From positions 384,001 to 448,000 of the forward strand of contig CAWECG010000003.1 in the NCBI GenBank assembly GCA_963807605.1: a stretch of 64,000 nucleotides of DNA. Reading direction: 5' to 3'. The notes below the pieces were generated by a model that saw nothing but the letters and a program-made list of their open reading frames with translations, was not told the origin of the DNA and ran no database searches. The first letter of the stretch is position 1. Each line of letters starts with the position of its first letter. Origin of the DNA: Candidatus Bathyarchaeota archaeon. GTDB taxonomy: Archaea; Thermoproteota; Bathyarchaeia; 40CM-2-53-6; RBG-13-38-9. The position numbers and the translations under genes are program-made. Positions 1 to 10,406 of this stretch are shown piece after piece.

Positions 1-655
1 GTCAAAGAGACCGCTCGTCAAATTTTCATTTTATTCAAGAAGCAAACTGACGGGGCAAACGTTGACATAGACGAACTGGCAAGAGGCAACGTTCGCAATT
101 TTTATTTCAAGAACAGCATCCCAGAATCGGATGTTGCCGAGGCGTTCCAGCTCTTGCAGCTCCGTAATCTCATAATGCCATCTACAAATACCCCGACCTA
201 CTATCAACTCACGAGCTTCGGAAAATCCATTGAGGCAGATGATCTCTTCGAAAAGATAGTGGACCGTACCTTAGTTTCTCAACTTTCAGAGGTAATAGAC
301 ACCGATCTTGCCCGAGGATGCCTCGATAAATCATATGAGGATGCCATCACTTCGGCTTTCCGCATACTTGAGGAGCGCATGCGCAAACGTATCAATGCAG
401 GCGCCGAGCTTTTCGGACTGCCACTGGTCGAAGAAGCTTTTCATCCCCAGAAAGGAAAGCTGATCTTCGGAGAAACGTCCGCTGAGAGAGAGAGAGGCAC
501 TTCACCAGATTTTTAGGTCAGCCTTCCTGATGCTCCGTAACCCGCCGTCACATCGATATTTGAAAGACTTCACTGGAATGGAAATCGTTGAGATCGTGCT
601 TTTCGTGGACTTCCTGCTAAAGGTACTAAGCAAGACTTTGGATAGAAATCCGTAG
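1..655 (+). pseudogene. TIGR02391-like (Hypoth_Ymh) protein, 5'-partial, frameshifted at (GA)n run 484-496
   Basis: Frame open from base 1. AFRILEERMRK...LVEEAF continues in another frame as EALHQIFRSAFLMLRNPPSH...* (655), giving the RNxxxH motif typical of the family. Confidence 0.7.
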
Positions 656-766
656 CGCGCCGGTGTATAAGAAAACAACGCAAGAATGCTAATATCGGGA
701 CAATCCCGCGCGCTCATTAGATCACTTCAAAAATAAATCCTTGTATTGTGACTTAATTAATAGAAT

Positions 767-1066
767 ATGACGAGCGGAGAGGACAAGTTGTCGAAGGAAG
801 ACGGGGACAAGTTAGAATCCATAGACAAGACTCTACGGGAAATTTTGAAGTGGACACGGTTTGCGAATATTTCCAAATTGAAAGAGACTCTAGAGACCGA
901 GCTAGATAGTGACGAGAAGAAACTCGCATATGAGAATACGAATGATCTTAGCGGACTGAAGGAAGTGGCGGCTATCGCCATTACTCTGACTAGCACCATC
1001 GCTGGAACTAGTACTGTTATTGGAAGCATCAAATACGCGATTTCCACTTATATTCAGCTGTTGTAG
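767..1066 (+). CDS. hypothetical protein (C-terminus possibly rearranged)
   Basis: 99-aa ORF with ATG after an AT-rich promoter-like tract. Confidence 0.45.
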   Translation: MTSGEDKLSKEDGDKLESIDKTLREILKWTRFANISKLKETLETELDSDEKKLAYENTNDLSGLKEVAAIAITLTSTIAGTSTVIGSIKYAISTYIQLL

Positions 1067-1128
1067 ATAGTCCTAAGCCAAATGCAAGTTGGCAAGTTAC
1101 TGAGCCATCATTGTGCGAGGAGACGAAT

Positions 1129-1545
1129 ATGAAAGATGACCTTAAGGGGTATATGTTCAAAGAAGTGGAGATAATCCAGAGTATCATAAGGCGAATGGCT
1201 TCAAATTCTTTCTTGGTAAAGGGATGGACGATAACTCTAGTTGCAGTGACCCTCTTATTCAAAGGAACAAGATATCACGTGTTTATCGCCTTCATTCCCC
1301 TGATAGCTTTCTGGTATCTGGATGCATACTTCTTGTGGCAGGAGAGACTCTATAGGAAATTGTACGAATGGGTGATTAACAACAGACTGAAAACTGACCA
1401 GTATTTGCTCGATATGAATGCCTACAGATTTAGAGATGAAGTCGAGTCGGTTCCAAGAATCATGCGATCTCTGACGTTGGGGCTATTCTACGGCTTGCTA
1501 GGAATGTTAACGGTAATATACATAATTGTTCTTATCTTGGTGTAG
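1129..1545 (+). CDS. small multi-TM protein, putative TIR-associated membrane effector
   Basis: IQSIIRRMASNSFLVKGW...FWYLDAYFLWQERLYRKLY, 3 hydrophobic helices, GAGGAG before ATG, 14 bp upstream of the TIR gene. Confidence 0.75.
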   Translation: MKDDLKGYMFKEVEIIQSIIRRMASNSFLVKGWTITLVAVTLLFKGTRYHVFIAFIPLIAFWYLDAYFLWQERLYRKLYEWVINNRLKTDQYLLDMNAYRFRDEVESVPRIMRSLTLGLFYGLLGMLTVIYIIVLILV

Positions 1546-1559
1546 AGAGCGGATGTTGA

Positions 1560-2009
1560 ATGGCAAGACGAGTGTTTTTCAGTTTCCATTATGAGAAGGA
1601 TGCATGGCGAGCCAGCCAAGTTCGTAACAGCTGGGTGACGAAACCTGACAGAGATGCTGCTGGGTTTTTAGACGCTGCTGATTGGGAACAAGTGAAGAGA
1701 GGTGGGGAGAACGCGGTAAGAAGCTGGATTGATAAGCAGCTGGAAGGCACGTCCGTGACGGCAGTTCTTATTGGAGCTGAAACTGCCAACAGGGAATACG
1801 TGTTGTATGAAATAGATCAAAGCTACAAAGAACGACATGGATTACTAGGAATCTACATACACAATCTTAAGGATCAGTATGGCAAGACAGACTACAAGGG
1901 CTCTAATCCTTTGTCCAGCATTTACCCCACGTATGACTGGGTAAGTGATAATGGATACGAAAGATTTGCTGAATGGGTAGAAAGGGCGGCAACGGACGCC
2001 GGAAGATGA
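1560..2009 (+). CDS. thsB: TIR-like domain protein (DUF1863/MTH538, Thoeris ThsB-like)
   Basis: RRVFFSFHYEKD-WRASQVRN, SVTAVLIGAET, YVLYEI (catalytic Glu), GLLGIYIH. Confidence 0.85.
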   Translation: MARRVFFSFHYEKDAWRASQVRNSWVTKPDRDAAGFLDAADWEQVKRGGENAVRSWIDKQLEGTSVTAVLIGAETANREYVLYEIDQSYKERHGLLGIYIHNLKDQYGKTDYKGSNPLSSIYPTYDWVSDNGYERFAEWVERAATDAGR

Positions 2010-2106
2010 CTTTTGTCAAAGACATCCTGATCGTTTCATTAGTCGAACGATATTCTAAGCCTATCTCCCAGTGCGATCGCTTAGATTCCGACTATTAGTC
2101 GAAGTA

Positions 2107-2223
2107 AGCTGGTGGTGCTCACCAGCTACGGCACACACACAAAAAAAATTACAAAACCTAGCGGTCCAAATTAAGCTGCTCTCACCAGCTATGGCGACGA
2201 CGATGTCCCTTGGTGAGCGACGA
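2107..2223. repeat. cluster of GCTCACCAGCTA-type dispersed repeat (two direct copies, one inverted; 8-bp hairpin)
   Basis: gctcaccagcta 2117-2128, ctcaccagctatggc 2181-2195, tggtgagcgacga 2211-2223. Same motif at 45165, 45968 and 46843. Confidence 0.75.
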
Positions 2224-2342
2224 TGAATCATATGGTGGAGAGAATTTCCTCAAATCCCTTGAGTGAATCTGTCACTCAAGGCTTGGGAGCGGAGTCTCGG
2301 AATCATTAAATCGATTTTCGACGCAGAACTAAAAGAGCCTAG

Positions 2343-3183
2343 ATGCCATTCTGTTCTCGATGCGGAAGAGAACTGCTTCCTAATTCGAAATTCTGCATGC
2401 ATTGTGGAACATCTATTAATGCACCTATCCCTCCACCCCCAGCCATTCCACCGTCACCGGCAAAGCCATCGCATATCAACAGAAACATAGCTATCGTTGT
2501 AATCTTCATCATAGTTGTCGGGATTTTCGCGGCTGCTTCTTCTGGACCTAGACTTGAAACTACCACTCAAACAGCGACTCCAGTCTTGAGAACTGAGACA
2601 CCAATAACGACCGCAACTCCGTTACCGCAAGGCAGCATAATACGACTGGGACAACCCCTCATTCTGAAAGAAGGCTACCCAGAGATTCCGGTGGAGATAA
2701 CCTTCACCGCAGCTCGGTTCACTACAAAATATGGTTACTACGAAGCAGATAAGGGATACGAATTCTTGGTCTTGGAAATTACGTCAAGAAACGTTGGCAT
2801 GAAAGAAACCGATTGTTTCCACTCCTAGATGGGATGTGACTGTTGACAAAGGATACGTCTATGACAAAAAATCCTGTAATTTGACATATACGTCGCTTCG
2901 ACCGGAAGAAACCAAGACTGGCTATGTCATGTTTGAGATACTTGAGACAACCATTCCTTTAGAAATACGTTATTATGGTGGCTTGTTCGGAAAAGACCCG
3001 GCTTTTGTTCTAGATATTCGGGGCGAGTCTATTCCATTAAGCACTGCCGCTACCAACGAAGAACCCAGAACGAGTTTATGCTCATTGACATTTGGACATG
3101 ATTCAATCATAGAGTGTAGGTTATTCAGCTTGATGCAAGTTGCTCCCCGTTCTATTGCCACCTATGACGGAGTGGAATTCTAA
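2343..3183 (+). pseudogene. zinc-ribbon / TM / DUF4352-like Ig domain protein split by a frameshift near 2820
   Basis: N-terminal CxxC...CxxC, Pro-rich linker, TM helix, ADKGYEFLVLEIT; continues in the next frame as VTVDKGYVY...LRPEETKTGYVMFEI. Confidence 0.65.
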
Positions 3184-3629
3184 TGGTGGAGAGAACCGCA
3201 GAATTCATACTTGGACTCATAGGCGGAATATTTGGAATACTCACCGTTCCAGGCCTATTCATTCTAGGAGGACTCTCAGCAGCTTTCGGTGGATCGGCAA
3301 CACTGGCATACTGGGCTGTTGGAGGAGGGATTCTCTCAATCATCGGCTTAATTGGTGCAGCATTCGTGAAGAGCCACCCCAAGCTAGCAGGTGGGATAAT
3401 GTTATTTAGCGGTTTCTTCGGCCTCTTCGTCGCGTTAGGATTTTGGATAGGCGCACTTCTGCTAATTGTTGCCGGAATAATCGCATTGATCAGGAAGGAG
3501 AAGCCCGTGCAAACTCCCGCACAAACCCCCGCTCAACCGGCGTACTATTGTACGAACTGCGGGAAGACCTTGACTTTCATGTCACAAAGCAAGAGGTTGT
3601 ACTGCGAGGACTGTAAAATCTACATGTAG
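3183..3629 (+). CDS. 4-TM membrane protein (DUF4064-like) with C-terminal zinc ribbon
   Basis: RTAEFILGLIGGIFG start, Gly-rich TMs, CTNC...CEDC. Confidence 0.75.
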   Translation: MVERTAEFILGLIGGIFGILTVPGLFILGGLSAAFGGSATLAYWAVGGGILSIIGLIGAAFVKSHPKLAGGIMLFSGFFGLFVALGFWIGALLLIVAGIIALIRKEKPVQTPAQTPAQPAYYCTNCGKTLTFMSQSKRLYCEDCKIYM

Positions 3630-3814
3630 CTCACGCTAGCTACAGCTATTCCTGACTGTAAGCGCGAGTATTTAGGAAAGGTTGAAGACTCTAGGCACAA
3701 CGGCACAACCCACTTCAGGCGGACGCGCGTTATCAACCACATTCTAGTTCGAGGACTCTGACAAAAAAAATCTCGGTTGGGATATTGTAAAATAGCGGCT
3801 GAATCTCTTATAGT

Positions 3815-5299
3815 ATGAGCATTGTGGTCAGCGTACTCCAAATATCGGATTTGCACAGGTCGAAGGATACTCCTGTCTCCAATGATTTTCTTTTGTCGTG
3901 CTTGCTCTCAGATATTGACAAACATGCAACGGAATCGCCCAAAATTCCAAAGTGCGACCTCATAGTCATTACAGGCGATTTAGTGGCTGGCGCTAAGATA
4001 GATGACGAGAACGCTCCTGACACCTTAAAAAAACAGTACGCACAAGCGAAGGATTTCCTAGTCCGGCTTTGCAAGAAATTGTTGAAGGGGGACTTAAGCC
4101 GACTCTTCATTGTTCCAGGGAATCATGATGTTTCCTGGCCAGCCAGTAGGAGATCCATGGAGAGGGTTGAAGACGTGGGCTCTATTGATGTTCCAAACGC
4201 ACTTGCAAGAGTTAACAGTCCATACCGTTGGTCTTGGAAGGAACTGACCATGTATCGTATTAGGAGTATGGAGGAGTATGCGGAGCGACTTTCGAGCTTC
4301 AAGGAGTTCTTTGATGATTTTTATCAGAGCCTCAAACTTAGATTTAGTCTCCAAGATCAGAGGCAAGCATTGAATTTTGTCACACCTGACGGCCGAGCCC
4401 TTTTTACGGGATTCTGTTCTCTCCATGAAAATGATTGTTTCAACCGACGAGGTAAGATATCAATTGACGACATCGCTCGCAACAATTTGAGCATCAGAGA
4501 ATCAATAATGAACGAGATTTCTTTGAAAGTCGCTTTTTGGCATCATAGTGTCGAGGGAACTGGATACCATGATGATCACTTAAACTCCTTTGAAGTTCTT
4601 CCGCACCTCATAGACCACGGCTATGCCCTGGGTCTGCATGGGCATCAACACAAAAGCGCTGTTGTATCTTATGCCTATAGTCTGAATCCGAAACTAGTAA
4701 TGCCAATTATTGCGGGTGGTTCGCTATGCGCAGGTCCATACGATATCCCCCCCGGTTATAGAAGACAGTACAATATCATTGAGATCGACGATGCGAATGC
4801 AAGAATAAGGGTTCATGTTAGAGAGTGGTTCGACGACACCATCTGGGCTCCTGCCAGACTTCAAGAATTCGGTGGAAAGAGCTGCATGGAAGTAGACATG
4901 CCAATCCTGCAGGAAGTTCTTCAGACATCAAAGCAAAAGACAAATGCAGCGGTCATCCAAGCGGTCCAACAAGGAGAAGCGTCCGTCCGAGCTAAGGACT
5001 ATGATAGTGCCTTGATAGCTTTAGCTAGCATCCCGAGAGATATTCTACTGGTTCGCAAGCTGCTTATAGAGTCATTCCAAATGCTGGGCCGATGGCCGGA
5101 GCTAATTGATCTCATTGGAAATCCTACGAATACCGAAGAACTCGCCCTGATGGTAGATGCCCTGGCCAAAGTCAAGGATTTCTCGAAGGCTGAGAGAATA
5201 TTGGAAACGTGTTCTAACGAGCCGGAAAGATATGATCGCACCTTCATTGATGAGTTGAGGAAGAGATTGGACGCTGAAAGGAGATATGTGGGCGTATGA
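3815..5299 (+). CDS. calcineurin-like metallophosphoesterase with helical (TPR-like) C-terminus
   Basis: SDLH, TGD, PGNHD, HH and HGHQH motifs. Confidence 0.85.
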   Translation: MSIVVSVLQISDLHRSKDTPVSNDFLLSCLLSDIDKHATESPKIPKCDLIVITGDLVAGAKIDDENAPDTLKKQYAQAKDFLVRLCKKLLKGDLSRLFIVPGNHDVSWPASRRSMERVEDVGSIDVPNALARVNSPYRWSWKELTMYRIRSMEEYAERLSSFKEFFDDFYQSLKLRFSLQDQRQALNFVTPDGRALFTGFCSLHENDCFNRRGKISIDDIARNNLSIRESIMNEISLKVAFWHHSVEGTGYHDDHLNSFEVLPHLIDHGYALGLHGHQHKSAVVSYAYSLNPKLVMPIIAGGSLCAGPYDIPPGYRRQYNIIEIDDANARIRVHVREWFDDTIWAPARLQEFGGKSCMEVDMPILQEVLQTSKQKTNAAVIQAVQQGEASVRAKDYDSALIALASIPRDILLVRKLLIESFQMLGRWPELIDLIGNPTNTEELALMVDALAKVKDFSKAERILETCSNEPERYDRTFIDELRKRLDAERRYVGV

Positions 5300-7620
5300 T
5301 GAGTGAGAGAATAAAGTTTCAAATCGATGTATCACGGATTTTGGAAGTACTTACCAGGCAGATTTACGATTCTCCGTATGCATTACTTCGTGAGAACATA
5401 CAAAATGCTTACGATGCAATTCTGGTACGAATGTTTAGGAAGCGCACGAGCTTTGACCCTTTGATAACAGTCACTATCACAGAACGGATGGTTAAGGTAG
5501 AAGACAACGGAATCGGGATGAGTTCTGATGAGCTCAAGAACAATTTCTGGCGTACAGGGGCAAGCGGCAAGAACACAGATGAAGCACGTTCAGCAGGCGT
5601 CGTAGGAACTTTCGGAATCGGGGGACTGGCGAACTTTGGAATTTGTCGGATTCTGACCGTTGAGACGGAATCAATGAGAGATGGCACACGGACGAAATCT
5701 ATCGCTGATCGAGATTCTCTTTCACTCGAACAGGACTGTATTCTGCTTGAGAGACTGACCCCCACCGGGCAGCCAGGAACGACGATTACAGCCGAATTGG
5801 CGTCAAATCACACAATTGAGGTTGGTAATGCAATCGCTTACCTGCAGCCATTCGTTAGCCACATACCGATGCCAGTAATAGTCAATGGCATCCTAGTAAG
5901 TACAAAACCTCTGGAAGAATCTTGCCCTAGTGATGCATCTCGTTGGACACGTTCTGTTGCAGGATGCACAGCCCAATCGTGGCAATGTGATCTTGAAATC
6001 AGAATCTCTGAAAATGGCGTCGTCTGGACCAGTATCGACAACATCAAGCTAAACGGGACTTCGTTAGAGGGTAAGGTAGTGCTAAAACAGGGAATGGGTC
6101 AAGTTATGGCATTTCGAAGCGGTTTTGGACTAGCTAGGACAGGTGTGTTGTCGTACTATACGTTTGGAGGCGCCGCTGATATGAGAATACTTCAGCCCAC
6201 CGCAGGACGTGATGCATTAACTGGCCAAAGTATCCAGACAGTTCAATCTCTGGTTTCTGCCGTTGAGGAAATGATCGCGCCAATTATCGCCGAGACACAA
6301 TACGTGGATTTGAATACGTCATTCATGAATTGGGTGGTTCATCGCAACAGGTACGACCTTTGTGGAAATCTCAGCGTTACTATCATGCCCGGGGAGAGAA
6401 AGATGAGCCTGCAAGAGGTTTCAGAGCTTTCGAAGCGAATGCCCGTGAACTCCTATAGCGGCTTCGACGAAGCTATAACCAAAGCTTATGCCTCTGATGA
6501 GAATCCGCTCATACTTATCTCTCACAGCAACCCTCGTGCTCAATGCGAAGAAAATTACCTGGCTCGCTATGCCAAAGTAACTAAGGTCTCAAGCGAACCG
6601 CAGGCCGTCAGTGTTCGACCCGAATCTTCTTGGACGATGGCAGAAGCAGCATTAGCTTTCAGGCTTGCACAAATACTGGACAATGACTACTTTGTTCCAG
6701 TGAGGATTCAATACGGAGAAATATCGCACAATCTTCCAATGCTGGTAAAGGAAGACACAAAGCCGACTCTGCTGACGTTATCATCCAAGAATTCCTCAAT
6801 AGCAATGCTTCTGCAATGCTATGCATCCGACTATTCAGCTTTCGGTCCGTTCGTGAAAGATTTCATAAGGAATGTCGTTTTCCAGCGTATCGCCCATCTT
6901 GTGCCGAGTAGCACAAGAGAAGGCGCTGAGAGTTTTCTTAAGATGCTACGTCGACAGCGTGAGACTTTCGAATACGATTTGAATGATATGCGCAGAATGG
7001 AAGAGGTGATCGCTGGCTTCTCTAAAGGAGACTTGTCATTTACTGAGGTGGTAAACGTAGCGCTTGCCACAGCTCAGAAACAACAGCAAGTAGTTTCCGT
7101 GCAGGACATGCGTTCAGCTGTTTCTGTGATTCCTGATGTCGTTCAGTACCAGGAAGTTTTGCAAAAGGAAGAATCCGGGGCCGCTAAAGAGGTTCTGTTC
7201 CCCTTTTCACCAAAACCTTCGATACTTCGCCCAGATGTTGAGACAGACGCAAAGCTTCTGGTCTTGGATGAAACGGAGAACACGTATGGGTTCAAGGGTT
7301 TGCTAAGATTATCCGAAAAGGCGTACAATGACAAGGGGGAATTTTTCTTACAGCCACACAGTACAGAAGTGATTTGGGGAGGCCAACGCATAATATTCAT
7401 CTTCAGACACATGTCTGGAGCATTTGGGTTCTATTACGATGTGCAATTGAATGAACTTCTGTCTATTCCGTCGGCGGGAAGAATCTTCGAAACCTTGACA
7501 ATTGTGTTAAAGAACTCGATATTTATTCCGATACCTTCAGATCTGTATCAGTATTTTACACCAGTGGGAAATGAAAAGAAAAGATTCGATGTGAGGTACG
7601 ACATTCTGTATCCCGAGTGA
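5296..7620 (+). CDS. HSP90-like GHKL (HATPase_c) ATPase with long unassigned C-terminus
   Basis: QIYDSPYALLRENIQNAYDA, DNGIGM, GASGK, GTFGIG, GTTI; ATGA overlap with upstream gene. Confidence 0.85.
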   Translation: MMSERIKFQIDVSRILEVLTRQIYDSPYALLRENIQNAYDAILVRMFRKRTSFDPLITVTITERMVKVEDNGIGMSSDELKNNFWRTGASGKNTDEARSAGVVGTFGIGGLANFGICRILTVETESMRDGTRTKSIADRDSLSLEQDCILLERLTPTGQPGTTITAELASNHTIEVGNAIAYLQPFVSHIPMPVIVNGILVSTKPLEESCPSDASRWTRSVAGCTAQSWQCDLEIRISENGVVWTSIDNIKLNGTSLEGKVVLKQGMGQVMAFRSGFGLARTGVLSYYTFGGAADMRILQPTAGRDALTGQSIQTVQSLVSAVEEMIAPIIAETQYVDLNTSFMNWVVHRNRYDLCGNLSVTIMPGERKMSLQEVSELSKRMPVNSYSGFDEAITKAYASDENPLILISHSNPRAQCEENYLARYAKVTKVSSEPQAVSVRPESSWTMAEAALAFRLAQILDNDYFVPVRIQYGEISHNLPMLVKEDTKPTLLTLSSKNSSIAMLLQCYASDYSAFGPFVKDFIRNVVFQRIAHLVPSSTREGAESFLKMLRRQRETFEYDLNDMRRMEEVIAGFSKGDLSFTEVVNVALATAQKQQQVVSVQDMRSAVSVIPDVVQYQEVLQKEESGAAKEVLFPFSPKPSILRPDVETDAKLLVLDETENTYGFKGLLRLSEKAYNDKGEFFLQPHSTEVIWGGQRIIFIFRHMSGAFGFYYDVQLNELLSIPSAGRIFETLTIVLKNSIFIPIPSDLYQYFTPVGNEKKRFDVRYDILYPE

Positions 7621-7627
7621 ATAAAAG

Positions 7628-7722
7628 AGCGATTCTTTTAGCTGACCTTCCCTGTGAATAAGTCTAGTTGGAATGAAGGCTTCAGTTAATGGTAACTCAT
7701 TGTGGATTATTTCGTCTCCCAC
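7628..7722 (-). pseudogene. truncated N-terminus of an Orc1/Cdc6-like gene
   Basis: MGDEIIHNELPLTEAFIPTRLIHREGQLKE resembles the Cdc6 N-terminal xxPxxLxHRExQ motif; ends at the HATPase stop. Confidence 0.6.
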
Positions 7723-7895
7723 TATTGTCTTTTAGTGGCATACATTCATATCAATTTCGTTCCTCTAGAAGTCCCGCTAGATGATAACTATTTATGTTTT
7801 AAAAACAAATGAATATTTGATTGCCATAATTTCCGAGAAATTCAGGACATGTGATTGTGCTAGTTTTCCCAGCCTCGGCGTAACGGCACAATTGC

Positions 7896-9149
7896 ATGTC
7901 CCTAACAGATATTTCAGGCAGAGGGTTATGTGATTGTGTGAATCTCAAGAACAAAATCTATGGGTACGAGAAGAAAATTGAGAACATCTTAAGAAGAATT
8001 AAGGAGTCATCTATAAACGATGATAGTAAGGAGAAAATCCTAGAATTTTATGATGAACTTCTGGCTCAAGGCTACAGTAAAGCGAGAATAGTAAAGTACC
8101 TAGATACTCTGTGCAGAATTGCCGTCATGTTGGGCAAGCCCTTTGTTGAGGCAAACAGGGACGATATCGCATGTTTCGTTCGTAAGATCGAAGCAAAAGA
8201 TTACTCTGAATGGACAAAGCACGACTACAAGGTCATTCTGAAATTATTCTACAGATGGCTCAGGAAGGCCGAAGAGTATCCGGAAGAAGTTAGATGGATT
8301 AAACCGAGAATAAAGAACAACAACCTCTTACCTGACGGACTTCTAACAGAGGAGGAGATCAAAGGCCTGGCTGAGGCAGCGGGTAACCCAAGAGATAGGG
8401 CACTAGTTCTGGTACTCTATGAATCCGGCTGCAGAATCGGAGAGATCCTTTCCCTAAGTATCAAGAACGTCCAGTTCGATGAGTATGGTGCCCAATTGAT
8501 AGTCAGCGGAAAAACAGGCTCAAGAAGGGTAAGAATAATCTTCTCAGCCCCAAGACTTGCTCAATGGATTGAAAACCATCCATTAAGAAATGACCCCGAT
8601 GCTCCTCTCTGGGTCAGCTTGGGCACAAGAGATAGGAATGAGGCCTTAACGTATGGCGCTGCGAAATCAGTAATCAAGGACCTCGCTTCAAAAGCGAACA
8701 TCAGAAAGCGCATTTATCCACATCTTTTCAGGCACTCCAGAGCCACCTACCTCGCAAATCACCTAACAGAGGCTCAGATGAAGCACATGTTCGGCTGGGT
8801 CCAGAGCTCGAAAATGGCAGGCACCTATGTCCACCTCTCCGGAAGAGATGTTGATAAACCGCTACTGAAATTGAGCGGAATAAGATCTGATTACGAACAA
8901 GAGTCTAAAGAATTTCAGATTAGATTTTGTCCCCGGTGCAAGACAAGGAACTCGCCGGATTCCAAATTCTGCAATTCCTGTGGCCTTTGCTTTGATGTGA
9001 AGAGCACCGTGCAAATCGATGAGATGAGAGAGAAAGCTGATAGATTGATGACGGAACTTGTGAAACAACCTGAAGTCTTGGCTGTTCTTCTTAAAGCCCT
9101 TGAGAAATCCGAGAGATCAAGCCTTGACACGAAATCCCATGAGATATAG
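7896..9149 (+). CDS. tyrosine recombinase/integrase with C-terminal zinc ribbon (start may be GTG 7938)
   Basis: LYESGCRIGE (R), GKTG (K), HLFRH (HxxR), FGW, TYVHL (Y); CPRC...CNSC. Confidence 0.92.
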   Translation: MSLTDISGRGLCDCVNLKNKIYGYEKKIENILRRIKESSINDDSKEKILEFYDELLAQGYSKARIVKYLDTLCRIAVMLGKPFVEANRDDIACFVRKIEAKDYSEWTKHDYKVILKLFYRWLRKAEEYPEEVRWIKPRIKNNNLLPDGLLTEEEIKGLAEAAGNPRDRALVLVLYESGCRIGEILSLSIKNVQFDEYGAQLIVSGKTGSRRVRIIFSAPRLAQWIENHPLRNDPDAPLWVSLGTRDRNEALTYGAAKSVIKDLASKANIRKRIYPHLFRHSRATYLANHLTEAQMKHMFGWVQSSKMAGTYVHLSGRDVDKPLLKLSGIRSDYEQESKEFQIRFCPRCKTRNSPDSKFCNSCGLCFDVKSTVQIDEMREKADRLMTELVKQPEVLAVLLKALEKSERSSLDTKSHEI

Positions 9150-9206
9150 CATGCGCTCTTTGATAGCGCCTTAAATACTTTCATAGTTAGAATTAGTGCG
9201 AACGAT

Positions 9207-10310
9207 ATGGTAGAAACTCTTGACCAGAGAATAAGCAGAAGGAGATTTTTGAAGTACAGTGGAGCGGCTGTTGTGGCTGCCGGTGCTGCCGCTCTAGGGG
9301 TGTATGAATATTCTGAGTACTATAAGCAAGCAACAGTGAGCCCAATTCCAACTGCTAGCTCGACAATTACACCTACTCAAACTCCTACTCCGACCTCTAC
9401 CACTCAAGAGAAACTTCTTTATTTAGCTGGAAAAATACTTTACAATGAAAAAGGAAATGGAATCCAAAGTCCAAGTGATTCAAAGCTTGCCGATGCACCA
9501 TTTCGATTAATAGATAATACGGGAAAAATCACTTCTACTACAACCAACTCAGCTGGCGAATATAGATTTGATGTCCCTCGTGAAAATTATTCTCTACAGA
9601 TTTATGCTAGGGGAAAATATTGGGCGATGTGTCACTCTAAGAATGATGTAGCACCTGCATGGGGTCCATATGATGAGTGTGGTTATCCAATTAAGTTGCG
9701 TGAAGACCAAGAAGGTGTGGACTTCGGGGTCATGGAAGGAATTTTAACTCAACCAGTAAGTGAGGGGACTAAATTCCATATAGACAGATATTATGATTGG
9801 GACCCTAGACCGGCAACATCATTGTGGTGGGATGGGACTGTTGGAAATGATCCATGGAATCATGATGGAATTGATTATGGTATGGATGAAGGTAAAGATC
9901 TTCTTGCAATGGCTCCTGGTAATGTTACAGGAGTAATAACTAACAAACAAGGCCTCGGAGTTGCGTTAAATCATTATGCTAACATTTACACGATATATGG
10001 ACATATAAGCAAAGCATTAGTTAAAGAAGGTGATTCTATATCAAGAGGACAAAAGATTGCAGAATCAGGAAAAACAGGTGTAGATTATCCACACACACAC
10101 GTTAGCCTTTTTTCAATGGGACTACCCATTACGTTTTTCGATCCTTACCACCCCATATTTAAGATGGAACCTCTCTTCAATGGTTATTGGATTAATGATG
10201 GAGAATTTGAAGAATATGGACAGAAATGGGTAGACTGTAACGGAAGAGATAATCCTAACCTTGATTATCCAAACTTTTGGACAAAATTTAATAAACCAGT
10301 ATTTGCATAG
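9207..10310 (+). CDS. Tat-exported M23 family metallopeptidase
   Basis: SRRRFLK twin-Arg signal plus TM, P/T linker, HDGID (HxxxD), YGH, PHTH (HxH). Confidence 0.85.
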   Translation: MVETLDQRISRRRFLKYSGAAVVAAGAAALGVYEYSEYYKQATVSPIPTASSTITPTQTPTPTSTTQEKLLYLAGKILYNEKGNGIQSPSDSKLADAPFRLIDNTGKITSTTTNSAGEYRFDVPRENYSLQIYARGKYWAMCHSKNDVAPAWGPYDECGYPIKLREDQEGVDFGVMEGILTQPVSEGTKFHIDRYYDWDPRPATSLWWDGTVGNDPWNHDGIDYGMDEGKDLLAMAPGNVTGVITNKQGLGVALNHYANIYTIYGHISKALVKEGDSISRGQKIAESGKTGVDYPHTHVSLFSMGLPITFFDPYHPIFKMEPLFNGYWINDGEFEEYGQKWVDCNGRDNPNLDYPNFWTKFNKPVFA

Positions 10311-10406
10311 TCAAGAATTAAATTAGCGCGCGCTATGCGGCGCTCAGGAGGCACTGCAACGGTAATTCTATCCGTCGGTAAAGTACATGCTTAGCTGCTG
10401 CTTCCT

